The notes under the pieces were generated by a model. That model worked only from the letters and a program-made list of their open reading frames with translations, did not search any database and had not been told where the DNA came from. A stretch of DNA of 64,000 nt. Source: Chrysomallon squamiferum. Lineage: Eukaryota > Animalia > Mollusca. The stretch's first letter is position 1. Every line of letters begins with the position of its first letter. Location: contig CM022673.1 in NCBI GenBank assembly GCA_012295275.1, forward strand, positions 14,260,001 to 14,324,000. Reading direction: 5' to 3'. The translations under genes and the position numbers were made by a program. This document shows positions 15,501 to 28,508 of the stretch, in pieces.

Positions 15501-18500
15501 ATTATTATTATATTATTATTATATTGTTATATTATTATTACTATAATTATTATTATTATTATTAATATTATTATTATTATTATTATTATTATGAATGTTA
15601 GTTTTGTGTATTTTATTAAAGACGCCGCTGCCTGAACAGGAAGGTCCAACAACAGGGACATCGGCATTACTAGAACTGATGAGTACAAAGGAACTTGCCT
15701 ACCATCTTATGCAGTACGACTGGGAGCTGTTTGTGTGTGTCCATGAGGTATGTCTGTCTGTCTGTATGTATATAGGTAAATAGGTAGGTAGGTATGTAGA
15801 TATGTATGAATGCATTTTAGGATTTTGAATATTCTCTGTCATATGTATGTATGAATGAATGTATGTGTATATGTGAATGCATATATGTACATGTGTGTTT
15901 GTGTGTGTGAATGTATGTTTTTCTGTGTGAGTAGGTATGTCTGTAAATGTGTTTATGTCTGTGTACACATGTACTTTTTTCTGTAACTGTCTTTCACATA
16001 TATATTTAAATGAACTACCTTTCATTATTTTCAGTTTCTATACAGCTATTTATGTCTCATCTGTTTTGTTGCAGTATGAGTTGATATATCAGGTGTTTGG
16101 TAGACACAAGTTTCAGAAGATCACAGCTAACCTTGACCTCTTTCTGAGACACTTCAATGAGACTCAGTACTGGGTTGTCACGGAGATGGTTTTGTGTACC
16201 AACAGCAGCAAGCGAGTGCAGCTTCTGAGAAAATTCATAAAACTAGCTGCTCAGTGAGTAACCTGTAACAGTTCAGTGAACACTTGTTCAGTGAGTAATG
16301 TGTAACAGTTCAGTGAACACTTGTAACTTTTCAGTGATTAATTTTGTAATAGTTCAGTGAACACTTGTAACAGTTCAGTCATTAATTTTGTAACAGTTCA
16401 GTAACTTTGTAATAGTTCAGTGAATACTTGTAACAGTTCAGTGAGTAACTTGTAGAAGTTCAGTGAGTAACATGAAGTAGCTCAATGAATTACTTTAAAA
16501 AGCTCAATAAATTACTTCAGTAATATATCAAATAGGTCATTCCATAACATGTTTCAGATCAGTGAATAATGTATAACATACACACAAAGAAAGCACACAT
16601 GTTATCTATCTATTTATATAAATCTGTGTTTAATGAAAACTTGTTTTTGTTTCTAGCTGTAAAGAATACCAGAATCTAAATTCTTTCTTAGCCATTGTGA
16701 TGGGTTTGAGTAACATCGCAGTCAGTCGACTGTCGCAAACCTGGGAAGTAAGTAAAATGTGTTTACTTCTTTTTATATTCATTAGAACTGATCAACCTTT
16801 TTACTGCCAAACTTCCTGTACATGATCAGTCAACTGAAGCAAGGGAGAGAAGCAGAGAGAGAAAAATGTATTTAAATAAATACTGAGAAGTATATCACTC
16901 TGATCAGGAGCAGAAAGTGAAAATTTCAACTTTGGTTGACATGGATACAAAACAGATTAAACAGTTTATCTAAATGAAGGGAGATTATCCCAGCTGAGTC
17001 ATCCAAAAATAATCAGTACATTTCAAAAATGTATCGGAGTAATCAGAATGCAATTAGAAACCAATTAATTTGACCAGATGACATTTTCTGAAATAATAAA
17101 TGGGAATATTTTTAACATTTCTCACATATCTAATTACGTGCATAATGTAGAGGTGAAGGATTTTTTTAAAAAAACATTTCTATTTATTAATGTTAATTTT
17201 TTTTTTTTTTTAATTAAATCTGATTTCAGAAACTGCCAAACAAGTTTAAGCGGATGTTTGCCGAGTTTGAGACTGTGATGGATCCGTCAAGAAACCATCG
17301 AGTGTACCGACTGACAGTCGCAAAACAGTCTCCTCCCATCATTCCTTTCATGCCACTCCTCATGAAGGGTTCGTTTCAATTCTCAGTCGTTTCATTTATA
17401 AACATGCACTGTATTTAATCATTGTGATAATTATAAATAATAATAATGATGATGATGGTAATTATAAATAATAGTAATAATAATAGTACAGTTATTGGTA
17501 AGAATATCTCCTTTAGTTATTTATGATGGAGACTGTTATAATTGTAAAGAATATTATAATTAAAGATTAATGGATTAATGTGGATGGATAAAGTTTTAAT
17601 AATGATGACAAGATTAGAAATAATAATAATAGTAGTAGTAGTAGAAGTAGTAGTAATAGTAGTAGTAATAATATCAACTGTAATAATAATTGTAATATCA
17701 TTAGTAATAATAATAATATCAATTATAACAACAGCATAATAATAATATCAATTATAACAACAGCAACAATAATAATTAATAATTACAAAAAGAACAGTAT
17801 TAATGTTAATAATACATTTGTTTATATTCTGAACATTTTTCAGACATGACTTTCACTCATGAGGGAAACAAAACATACTATGAAAGTCTGGTTAATTTTG
17901 AAAAAATGGTAAGATAGAAATTAAAAACCACTGCACTCAAATTTTAACATCCATTATATATTTCTTAATATGCCACTTTGTAGTTTCCATCTCCATTGAC
18001 CAACATTTTTCACATTGATATCAGTTACCAATATTACACTGATGCATGAAACTGAATTCCCTGTTCTGTTTACTTTTTATGATTACAATAAATATTTTAA
18101 AGCTTTTTGGATTACTGACACCCAAACATCATTGTTTACTTTTTGAAAAAAAATAAAGGTGTTTATTTATTTATTATTACTTTTTTTAATTTTAATTTTT
18201 ATTTTGCTAAATTATTATTGATTATCATCAGTCATTTAATTTTACATATTTTGTGTTTGTTTCAGCACATGATAGCTCAGACTCTGAGAACTGTCAGGTT
18301 CTGTAGAAGTCAGCAAATGGGTAAGAGTCAAAAAATACACATCTCTTTACTTACATATTTAATTATCACATGTGTGATATACAGTTCAAGATAATCCATA
18401 GTAGACACTGAGAAGAATGGAACCTCCAATCTGTCACTCCTCAAATATGTACACTACATATCACAATAACAGAATATTGGTTTCAATTCAGTATAGGTTT

Positions 18501-19199
18501 TTAAATTCTTCAAATAATTATATTATTTTAATTTAATTATTCTCATATTTTAAGTCACATTAAAAAAAAAAAAAAAAAAAAATGTTATTATTTACTTATA
18601 GTTTACATTTGCCTTATTTTAAAAGTTTTACACATTCAGATGCCATGTGTAATATTCTGTTTTTTTGTTTCCTCCCTCAGAACTGGAAGCTCCACCACTG
18701 ACAGTGAAGTCATCACCTGACGTTCGTAATTACATCAGGTTAGTTTTGTTTTAGTTGTAATTCATTTCAGTGACAAATATTTTAATTTAATAAACCATTT
18801 TTTAAATATTTACTTTGGTTAAGAATTTAATTAATACTTGTTTAATAACAATGTAATAAACCTTGTAAAAAATGTTCAATTTTTTTATATAAAACAGATT
18901 CATATAGTTATCAGTCATCAGTCTCCTTTCATTAATATTTCCACAGATAAAAGAGCATAATTATAAATGTTTTAAAAAAAAGTAGAGATGTTGGTGTTTT
19001 TTAAGAAGATGACACCTCTAGCAATAACCAGTTGTGTGCTTTAATCTTTGAGTTATATAAACAATTTAGTACAAACAGCATATACCAGAAACCTTTATTA
19101 TTTAATATTTCTAAATTTTATTGCAGGAACCTTTCTGTGATTGACAACCAAAGAACTTTAACTCATCTTTCTCACAAACTGGAACCCAGAAGAACATGA
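1600..19199 (+). CDS. RAPGEF4: Rap guanine nucleotide exchange factor 4 / Epac2-like; 5'-partial, 24 exons in window
   Basis: Phase-consistent exons: 1600-1657, 5327-5427, 7606-7834, 8352-8535, 9399-9544, 10232-10308, 10727-10794, 11217-11295, 11639-11751, 11996-12084, 12261-12339, 12734-12884, 13478-13572, 13895-14022, 14257-14403, 14947-15044, 15622-15747, 16075-16253, 16657-16747, 17230-17368, 17844-17908, 18266-18320, 18681-18738, 19127-19199 (TGA). Motifs: DEP ([25 protein letters not shown]), cNMP domain ([18 protein letters not shown]), REM ([17 protein letters not shown]), RA ([11 protein letters not shown]), CDC25 ([31 protein letters not shown]), C-terminus [10 protein letters not shown]. 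The N-terminal exons lie upstream of the window. Confidence 0.96.
1648..2240 (+). repeat. Degenerate tandem repeat containing copies of the exon 1600-1657 donor junction
   Basis: The real junction CAGTGCATAG/GTATGTT recurs near 1755, 1861, 1933, 1977 (exact) and 2059, alternating with ttttatcattgttttaataata. Confidence 0.85.
3650..4100. repeat. Minisatellite (GATATGTGAAATACTGTGA-like, ~19-bp unit)
   Basis: Many visible degenerate copies; this explains the spurious HIS-repeat ORF 3718-4134. Confidence 0.9.
6950..7615 (+). repeat. Minisatellite running into the acceptor of exon 7606
   Basis: Unit like gttagtttgtataactgataactatattgttctgtgttccacatat..gtattgttctatgttctacatgttttgtct. Includes acceptor-like copies tgttctgcag/gttctg, tgttctacag/gttttgag and tgttccacag/gttctgag. 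Confidence 0.88.
8540..9235. repeat. 21-bp minisatellite (AAATACTAAACACAGCACTTA)n starting at the exon 8535 donor
   Basis: Tandem copies are directly visible; source of the SILSAVF-repeat ORF 8478-8660. Confidence 0.92.
12340..12733 (+). other. U12-type (minor spliceosome) AT-AC intron in RAPGEF4
   Basis: 5' end ATATCCTTT at 12340; branch site TTTCTTTAACG at 12716-12726; terminal AC at 12732-12733. Splicing restores ...[18 protein letters not shown]..., matching the Epac REM region. I found no GT-AG solution that keeps frame. Confidence 0.93.
13020..13490 (+). repeat. Tandem repeat containing copies of the exon 13478 acceptor and exon start
   Basis: The real aaactgttttgttcag/GATCTGGTGAAGT is echoed by aaactgttttgtacag/gatctgttgaaga (13072) and several ttgttttttacaag/atctagtgaagtg. 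Confidence 0.85.
16251..16480 (+). repeat. Tandem repeat containing copies of the exon 16253 donor
   Basis: TCA/GTGAGTAA recurs at about 16288, 16438 and 16460 within gttcagtgaacacttgtaaca units. Confidence 0.85.
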
Positions 19200-19715
19200 T
19201 GAAATGTTTCATTTTTAAAAAGTGTTCAAAAACAGGAAAAAAACGTTTGAATTCATATAAACTCAGAGAATGTCAGAAAACAATTCACAGCAACAGTAAA
19301 AAAATACAACTAAAAAATGTATCAAAGGTCTTCTGCAGTTATTAAATCATGATGTCATGAAAAGAATAGTTATTCCATCAGTTAATTCATCAAATTTTAA
19401 ATATTGGTGAATCATTTGCAGTTAATAATTCATGAAATAATTTAATTTATTGTTTAATCATTCATCAAATCACAAAATAGTAAAATTTATTAGTTGATAA
19501 TTCATCAAGTAACAAGATAATACAATTTATGTTAATAATTCATCAAATCACTGAATTTCTTAATTAACCATTCATCATATATCAGATTGTGAAATTATAG
19601 TCATATTTATAAAAATTTCAGTTAAAACTGTTGATTTTTTTTCTATCCATTTCATCAACCAAAATTTATTTTCAAATTTTAAATTTATGGTCTAAAACAT
19701 TCCATTGTCAATGAC

Positions 19716-19773
<58 letters not shown>

Positions 19774-20652
19774 CAGAATGATCCACAGCAAATGCCCTAA
19801 GTATTATGATAAATAATGACATACAGACTGTTATGTTTTTCTCTTAACAAATGGCAGATTTGGCTCTTAAAATTTCAAAATTATCAAAAATACCATCTAT
19901 GATCTACTCTGCTTTTCATAACTTGCTTAGTCTGTGTGTTAAGTTCAGTTGTATAGATTTTTCATTTTATTTTTCTGTTAACCTTGTTAAATCATTTCTA
20001 AATTTTTAATAATTTAGTATTTCAGACTGTTGTTAGAGAAATATTTTACCTGTTAAACTTGCTAAATACATTTCAGATCTTTTCATTGTTTGGAGTAATG
20101 CAGTGTGAATGGTCTAATCCATTGCTTACACAAAGTTATTATTTGTTAAAATTGTTAAATACTTCTCTGAATTTGCAGTTTTTAAAGTCTATGGACCTGT
20201 CTGTTGGATGCATACATTTATTATCTATCAAACTTGTTAATTAAAACAGTCACTAAACTTGTCAGAGTTTCGTTGGACAGTAGGGTTGAAATAGTCCATT
20301 GTTTACACAAATTTATTATCTGTTAATCTTACAGTTCTGACTAGTGCAGTCTGTATGTACTATTCGACTGGTTACACAAATTTATTTATCTATTAAACTG
20401 AATTTAAGAACCAGTCTAGTTATTACACATATTTTCTTATCTGTGAAACTTGATAAATGTCTTATTCAGAAGAAGAAAGTTTATTTTTTACACGTTGTTA
20501 TTCACTGTTAAAAAATAACTCTACATCTACTTACGGTTAAAACTGCTCCTAGTGTAAAACTGATTCTTCACGTTGATACATAGATTGAGATTGTCTCAGA
20601 TGGTGATACACTTTTTCTTTTTTTTTTTTTTTTTTTTTTCATTTTCTTTATT

Positions 20653-20686
<34 letters not shown>

Positions 20687-22385
20687 ATGTTTCAAGACTT
20701 GTATGCAATATTTTCTTTTTTTAATTAAACATCAAGTGCCATATGTAGTCCAGAAGAAAAAGCCAAAAATGGCTGAACCAAGATCAAATTGCAATAGAAT
20801 TTTTATAACATAATGGTGATATTGAGTACGCATTATAATTACATAATTTATGTCTCGTGTAATTGTCATAATACACAATGTTTGAAGGCATATTTTGGTT
20901 CCTTAGTGTCACTTTCTTATATTATCCGAATGTGTATGAACATTCAGAATGACCAGAAACATCAAAAATTTTGTTGCAGTTTGTTCTAGGTTATTAATAA
21001 TTTTCTACTGGGCTATGTGTATATAATTATGTTTAATTTATTTTTATCTCATGTATTATACACATTTAATTTATGTCGCACGGTACACATTACAAGTTAA
21101 TTGCGTATAAATATAATGTAAATTATGTTCAGTTTATTCTGCACTGTACACATTTGTATTAAACCTATTAAAATTGCACAGATATTTATATTGTTCTTTG
21201 TAGAAAATCTAAAAATGGGCAGGCATTTATTAGGCCAATTACTATTAATGAGAACTAAAATTTATTGTATAATGTAAACAGTAACAATAATTTTTTAACA
21301 TAATAATAATAATAAATTAATAAATAAATAAATTAATAATGATAATAAATACATTTCAGTTAATAACAATTTCCTTTATCATTTTACAAAGACTGAAATC
21401 ATTAAAACTGTTGCTAGTGTTTTTTTTGTTTTTTTTTATTAGACAATTTTATATTTTGCGAAAAAAAAGCAAATTTGGCCTACTATAGATATTAGTTAAA
21501 CGTATTTTAGTTTCTTATTCGTGACATTTTTTTCCCTTAATTTATTTTCGAGTAGCTGTCAGCTAAATATTTGAAGCATGATGTCATAAAACGATTTCAT
21601 AAGTTAAAAATTTAAGAGGTTAAAAAAAAAAGGAGGGCGGTAAATTAAAAACTGAGATTATAGTATTTTGTTTTTTATTCTATCTGCTCATTTACCGAAT
21701 ACATGCTTCAGTGAAGCGAATAATCTGATTCCTTTATCAGATCATAGAGTCTGATCTGAAAATAGTATCGCCTAAAATATAATATGCTTTATGCAAAAAT
21801 ATTTTTGTTTTATTTTAACTATAAAATTAACATATCAGTATATCTCTGTCGAAAGTAGAGCTGAGCAGGTCCTGTCTCTCAATCGAGGTCAAACGCTGAC
21901 TTCATTAATATCAGAGGTCAAATGACGTAGCCGGTCGCCGGTTGCTTTATTAACGTCTGTTTGAAAACTACTTCCGGTTCGAGAGGAGAAGTTGAGAGTC
22001 AAAGTGAATAGTTTCGTAGATCCATTTAACTGGTTTCATGATGTCGTTAGTAAAATTGATTCTTCTCTTTATTGTTTTCTATACAGCAAATAAAAAAATA
22101 ATGTTGCTTCTGTTTTTTTTGAAAGAAATGTGTCAGTGGTTGATATATATACCTATATACTGACACGAATAATTTGGTCTTTCATTTTTTTTAGTCAACA
22201 AAATTGTTTGTTTGATAAAATTTATCAAACAGAAGCACACTGCCTTATAGTTGTTAAGCATAACCTATTGATTAGTTATAGCTAATGTATATCTGATATT
22301 TCTTTCATCATTTAACCTGTTTTATTTATTTTTTTTATTTTATTTTATTTTTTTTTTTTTTTGTCTTTGTTTTACTTTGCTTTTT

Positions 22386-22421
<36 letters not shown>

Positions 22422-22674
22422 TTTTAATTTATTATTATTATTTTTTTTTTTTTTGTTAATGTTATTTACCAAAGAGTAACATGATGGTATATATCAGATA
22501 TAGATGCACACTTAGGCATATACACATACACATTTATACATACACACACACACACATATATACATACATACATAATATATATATATATACGCATACAGAT
22601 ATATAGATAGATACTAGTGGATAGATATATACATGCATATATATATATAATATTATATATACATAATATATGGG

Positions 22675-22788
<114 letters not shown>

Positions 22789-23736
22789 TTCCATTCGTAC
22801 ACAAGGATTTCAAAAATAACTAAAATTTTGTTAGTACATTTAAAAATGTTTATATTTAGTATGTATACGTGACATCAGACACACCTAACGGATTGTATTC
22901 ACCATGAGCTCTCTAATCTGAAGAAAACAACAGCTGTTTTAATTGTAACGTGACAGTATGAAACCGAAGAATGTGACCCGCTAAATGAAAAAGTACCATA
23001 CGGCGCAACTATGCAGGAAAAAGTCATTTATATTCTCAGCCTAATAACTATCTGTGTGTGTGTGTCTTTATTTTTTTTTGTTTTTTTTTATATTCTGGTT
23101 GATGATCCGATGCTGTAGCACTATTTTTGACTGCGATGACGTTGCTGAATTTGTATTTGATTGTCATTAGGGTAAAATAAAATGATAAAAGAATCAGTAT
23201 TAACTTTTATCTTCTGAACTGTTTTGATTTGAAATTTGATAAAACGAGTGTCGATTCATTAACAAATTATTAGTGGCAGACTTATATAAATATTAAATAA
23301 AATAAAATAAAAAATGTAAAAACTTCAAATAAAAAATAAATAGTAAAAATAACAGTAGATGTTTATAATTCATTAGTAAAACTTATTTAAATAATTAAAA
23401 ATAATAATAATAAATAAACAAAATGTTAATTAAAATTTTATTTTGCTCTTAAAAGTTTCAGATTAATATCTAAATATTAAATGTAGAAGAAAAGCTTTTA
23501 ATAAAATGAACACAATTATATTTCTATGTACGTGTGTCTGTATTGCATGTACGTATGTATGTAAATATAGTATTTGATAACGTGTGTGTGTGTGTGTTCT
23601 GTTTAAACTACATTAACTTAGCAGAATTTTAATAAATCATACTGAAAGGTTTAGCGGAGGAATACAGTAAAGAATAAAAGTAAACCGGGTTTAAGATGTC
23701 GGAACACGTCGTTATGTCGTTGAGAAAATATGTGTT

Positions 23737-24526
23737 TTAAGCTGTTGTTGGACAGTAGTAACAGGACGGACACCTGCGACCGCTGGGTGTGGTAAATACT
23801 CCCATTTTCAGGGGTACGTCGCAGGGAATCTGGGAAGGAGCAATACACTTGAAAAGAGGACACTCGGAAAACAGTCCCTCTCGTCTTAGCTGTAACAGAA
23901 ATAAACAGTCACGTGATTTTTAATTGTAACGCCGTGACCTACATGATATAAAGAAAAATACTAGACGAATTTTCGGCAGAATGTCAAATCAATTCTACGT
24001 AATGAGAGTCACAATGGTTACATTCATCTGTATTACATAATTAATTATACAGTGAAATAATGTTAAAATACAGGGGAAATAATACTTCATGGTTACGCAA
24101 AACTCGGACGTCATTTATTTATTTAAATACTGTGTGGTAATACTAGAATTAAAAATTACATAAATAATAATAAAAATAAATAAATAAATTTAGATAAAGA
24201 AACGTGAGTTTAATATGTGCATCATGTATTAAAGTTACATTGTATTTCGTTTTTTATTGTTGTGGCTGCTACTGTGTTGTGTGGTTTTTGTTGTTATTTA
24301 TGCTGTTGTTCCTTATATTTTTAATTAAATTTTAATTTAATTTTTAATGTATTTATTGTTGTTGTTAACGTACCCTACTACTTCTTGTTGATGATGATGG
24401 GCAGTAACTGCATCCGTAGCACACTTTGCCAGAAGGCGTCGTAAACGTGGACGTTTTGTATGGAACATCACATGGTCCAGGGTTTACACATTTAAACATT
24501 GGACAGAGATCTGCAATGTCTAATAT
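23737..24526 (-). CDS. Unannotated tandem six-cysteine peptide precursor; last two exons, 5' end unresolved
   Basis: Exon 24526-24374 (tttcttttaacag / gtacgt; 153 nt) = ILDIADLCPMFKCVNPGPCDVPYKTSTFTTPSGKVCYGCSYCPSSSTRSSR. Exon 23889-23737 (tttctgttacag; 153 nt incl. TAA) = LRREGLFSECPLFKCIAPSQIPCDVPLKMGVFTTPSGRRCPSCYYCPTTA*. Phase-0 join. The two exons encode homologous modules with all six Cys conserved. Confidence 0.85.
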
Positions 24527-24559
24527 CTGTTAAAAGAAATTTCATAAAGCTAGAATATA

Positions 24560-24835
24560 AATAGACACAACACAACTTTGATAACATAAATAGATAAAAC
24601 ACAACGTTGACAACATAAACCCATACAATACAACTTTGACAACACAAACAGACACAACACAACATTGACAACTTAGACAAAATACAGTTTTGACAACATA
24701 GCAGACGCAAAACAACTTTGAGAACATAAACAGACACACAAAAATATTTGGATGAGACAATAAAAACAATACAGTTTTGACAACATAAACAGAAGCCACA
24801 CAACTCTGACAAAGAGACACCAAACAACTAGGACA
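24560..24835. repeat. Degenerate minisatellite (ACAACTTTGACAACATAAACAGAC-like)
   Basis: Visible tandem copies; source of the C/V/L-rich ORFs 24492-24827 and 24542-24838. Confidence 0.8.
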
Positions 24836-25181
24836 CAATAGAAATTGAAGAAAACAAAAGACTAAACTCTTCGACTTACAAAAAGCTTTAATCTGTAAGC
24901 CATCAATTTATAACAGGAGTGTTTTTATAATGTGTAACTGCTATAACCCGAAGCATTAAGGGCGGAACTATAAACCAGTTTTGAATGTCAATTTTACGTT
25001 TGATAAATCCTGCATTAACTTGTTAAATATTCATCTGTAGACCAGTAGGTCGTAATGAAATCCACATATATAAAAGTCTCGTCATAAACGTGGCTTTTCA
25101 AGCTTCATTTCACAGATTATAAGAATAGAAAGAAATCACTGAGTTAACAAACGTGTATAAGGAATGGGAGAAGAAGTTTAC

Positions 25182-25316
25182 TTCGTTTATTTTCCGGGTC
25201 AAACTGTGACAGACGCTGAAGCCTCTGTAAATAAAATACAAGTTATTTTTCTATTTTTAGTAACCCATTATGCTCAACACCCATTTATTCAGCCCTCGTA
25301 TCTCTCTACAAAATGC

Positions 25317-25354
<38 letters not shown>

Positions 25355-26529
25355 TTGGAGTGTACACGTACGTCTTAGTACGTATTATATATTTTACCAC
25401 TTATCTCAGTTTTTCCACCACTAATATATTGCTGTGCATATAAATAAATTTGACAAAATACCCACTTGAATATACGTGTAGGTCTAAGTACAAATTACAT
25501 ATGTACTCAGTTACCTATCTCTGTTACATTAATGATATCTTGTTGTGTATTGAAATTAAATTTGACAAAATACTCACATGGGGGGGTACACTGCGAGCTG
25601 AAAACAAAAGAGAAGTGATTTTAAACAAAATAAAATACGACAAATGTAATTTAATTTCTGTGATGACGATTCTCTCGATTAGCGTAAAAAAAGTTTGTAA
25701 ATTTATAAAGATATCTCGCTGCCAATGTCGGCTTGAAGTGGATGAACGTTACTGATATAAAAGCTATTTAAAAATACGACCTGTCAGAAAGCGTGCCCGT
25801 CGTAGACGTGCTTTACAACAGCGTTTCACGATAAAACAATGTATAATCAAATTTACATGATTATTCAAATAGCTAAATATAGAGACATAAACACATAACT
25901 ACAAATTTTTCAATTGAAATCTGCTCCCTTATCAACTGAATAACAGATGAATTATTGTTCTATTTCTTGCATAAATCTATGATTTTATATATATTCAACA
26001 GAATTGTTATATTCAGTATAATTATTTATTTATTTCTAATTAAAAATAAGTATATAAATACTTTTAGCTTACTTCTTGATAACTATTTCATTGTCAATAA
26101 TGTTGATGTTTTCTCTATTAGTAAGTGTTGACAATACGCAAATAATACAAAAATATAAAATGCTGCCGAAACACACAAACACACACACACACAGACATAT
26201 ATAAATATGTACACACACATAAATATGTACACACACCATACACACACAAATACATATGCTGTTATTATTATTATTTGCCTATTCCCTAGCAGTTATATAT
26301 GTACACGAGAACAAGCAAGAGGAGGTAATTAATGAAACTGACCTGCCAATCAATCATTCAGCTGTGTCTACGGTCATACGTAAGACTTGAGAATGTAGGT
26401 ATAATACGTATATACACTGAGAGGGACACAGATACATTCGTATACATATACGGACAGACAGACAAAGACACATGGAAAATAAATAAATAAATAGTTAATT
26501 AATTAATAAATAAATACCTGAAATAATTC
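25182..26529 (-). other. Candidate upstream micro-exons of the Cys-rich peptide gene
   Basis: Minus-strand AG/GT-bounded segments with pyrimidine tracts: 26529-26518 (12 nt), 26416-26343 (74 nt, donor CAG/gtcagt), 25597-25578 (20 nt, donor gtgagt), 25224-25182 (43 nt, donor gtaaac). The reading frame is ambiguous. Confidence 0.45.
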
Positions 26530-27440
26530 CTGTAAGAAAAAACAGAATGAAATGTAAAACAGACATATTTAAGAACGTGTTCTGGTGTCTACGTGCTCAG
26601 TGAAAAGATTAAGCGAAAAGAGACAAAGAAAACGGGAACACTTGGCATGTAGGTTATCACTTTGTCACTTTACACGGATACAAAAGACATTTGACGCATT
26701 TCGTTTGCAACAATTAAAAAAAATTTGTTTTGAAAATATTATAAAACAAATAAATAAATGAATAACATAAACAATTAAAAATTAAAAAGGAAAAGAAAAA
26801 GAAAAGAAAAATATAGAGCGAAAAAAAAAAAAAAAAATATTTAACTATTTAATTGTTTGTTATTCCAACGTTAAAAGCTAAATGTTAGATTTAAAAAAAA
26901 AAAATCAATGAATAAAAAATTAAAAAATTAAATTAATGAGTTGCACAAACACAGAAAGGGAGTCGTTTCGTGAGCGCTTTAAGACATTATTACACAAGAT
27001 TATATACGTATATCACAACGTGGTAGACCACGTCGTGCATCCGGAAGCAACAACTTTAATAATCGTCACTTTGTCAAACCGCTGAAAGCGATTCGCCGCA
27101 GACATAATTATTTGACATGTCACTGAGGCCAGTTTTGGGATAACAGTTCTTGTACAAATGCCTTTATTAATATTATAAACATAAGTAATGAAATAAATAA
27201 CATTTTCTACCTGCATCTTTTTTGCGAAATTTCATTCATGCAGGTGGAAATCTGTTTTTATATTGGTCGCTACAAGAAAGCAAATAATTCAACATCTGTG
27301 TAAATACAGTGATATATTTGTGAAACACTTTCGAACCCACAGGTACACTTAGTCACGTGACATAGACTGTCGTAAGAAGTTTGCAATCATTCAAACACAT
27401 CACACACTCTCACCGAGGCTTCACGCTACCTTCACTAAAA

Positions 27441-27754
27441 ATGGATTTTACTCTTTTGAGTGTTTTATTTTCTCTAATCGGAATCGCTCTGGCGTACCCC
27501 AGTGGAGCGCCAACTGACGCCTGTTCAAATCTTCTTCCGAACCATGGTGCCGATCCTTCCAAAACTGCATCACCTTTTACCATCAGTGTCAGTCAACAGA
27601 CATACTCTCCTGGTACTCCGATTACAGGTAACATTTTACAATTTATTTCTCTTATTTTTCTATTTCTATTTATAATAATAATAGTAATAATGATGGTAAT
27701 AATAATAATATCATCATCTTAGATTAATAGATCTATTCATATCATTATCGTTAC

Positions 27755-27798
<44 letters not shown>

Positions 27799-28236
27799 CT
27801 GAATGCTTCTCTATCTATCATGTACATACACATATCCACTTGACTATCTATCTACCTACATTTTTTCTCTCTTTGTGTCTGTTTACCTTGCTTTGAACAA
27901 CATTAAATTAATATATTTTGCATGGTTGATTTATTGCGTTTGTAATATGTATGAAGGTATATAGTTCTAAGGAAGGTGTTTATTTAATTTTTGGGTGTGG
28001 TTGTTGTTGCTGTTGTTGGTATTCAGATGCCTCTGCCACACAAATTCGTGTTCGTAAAAAATAATGGCAATAAAACATTTGATAACCCTCGGCTACATCC
28101 GTAATGTTGGATAATTTTAATATTACGTCATGAAATAGACTGTTTCACAGTGTTAATTTTTCAAGGGATGTCGAACTAGTAATGCGTATGAATTTGAAAA
28201 TATTCATTTATTTAATTTTTTTTGTTCTTCAAAAAA

Positions 28237-28267
<31 letters not shown>

Positions 28268-28270
28268 TAA

Positions 28271-28305
<35 letters not shown>

Positions 28306-28414
28306 GATGTAAATGATAATAATATATTTTGGAAATTTAAATAATTATGAAATAATAAACATAACATTTTATTACAAATACTTGAACAAAAAGTAACATA
28401 GATAACAGAGAGAC

Positions 28415-28508
<94 letters not shown>

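Noticed and set aside
23651-23863. 70-aa minus ORF (MSSFQVYCSF...)
   Set aside because: Wrong frame. The overlapping frame encodes the six-Cys module homologous to the upstream exon.
24492-24838. Cys-rich ORFs 24492-24827 and 24542-24838
   Set aside because: Their cysteines come from a TG-rich minisatellite and have no conserved spacing, unlike the two real exons.
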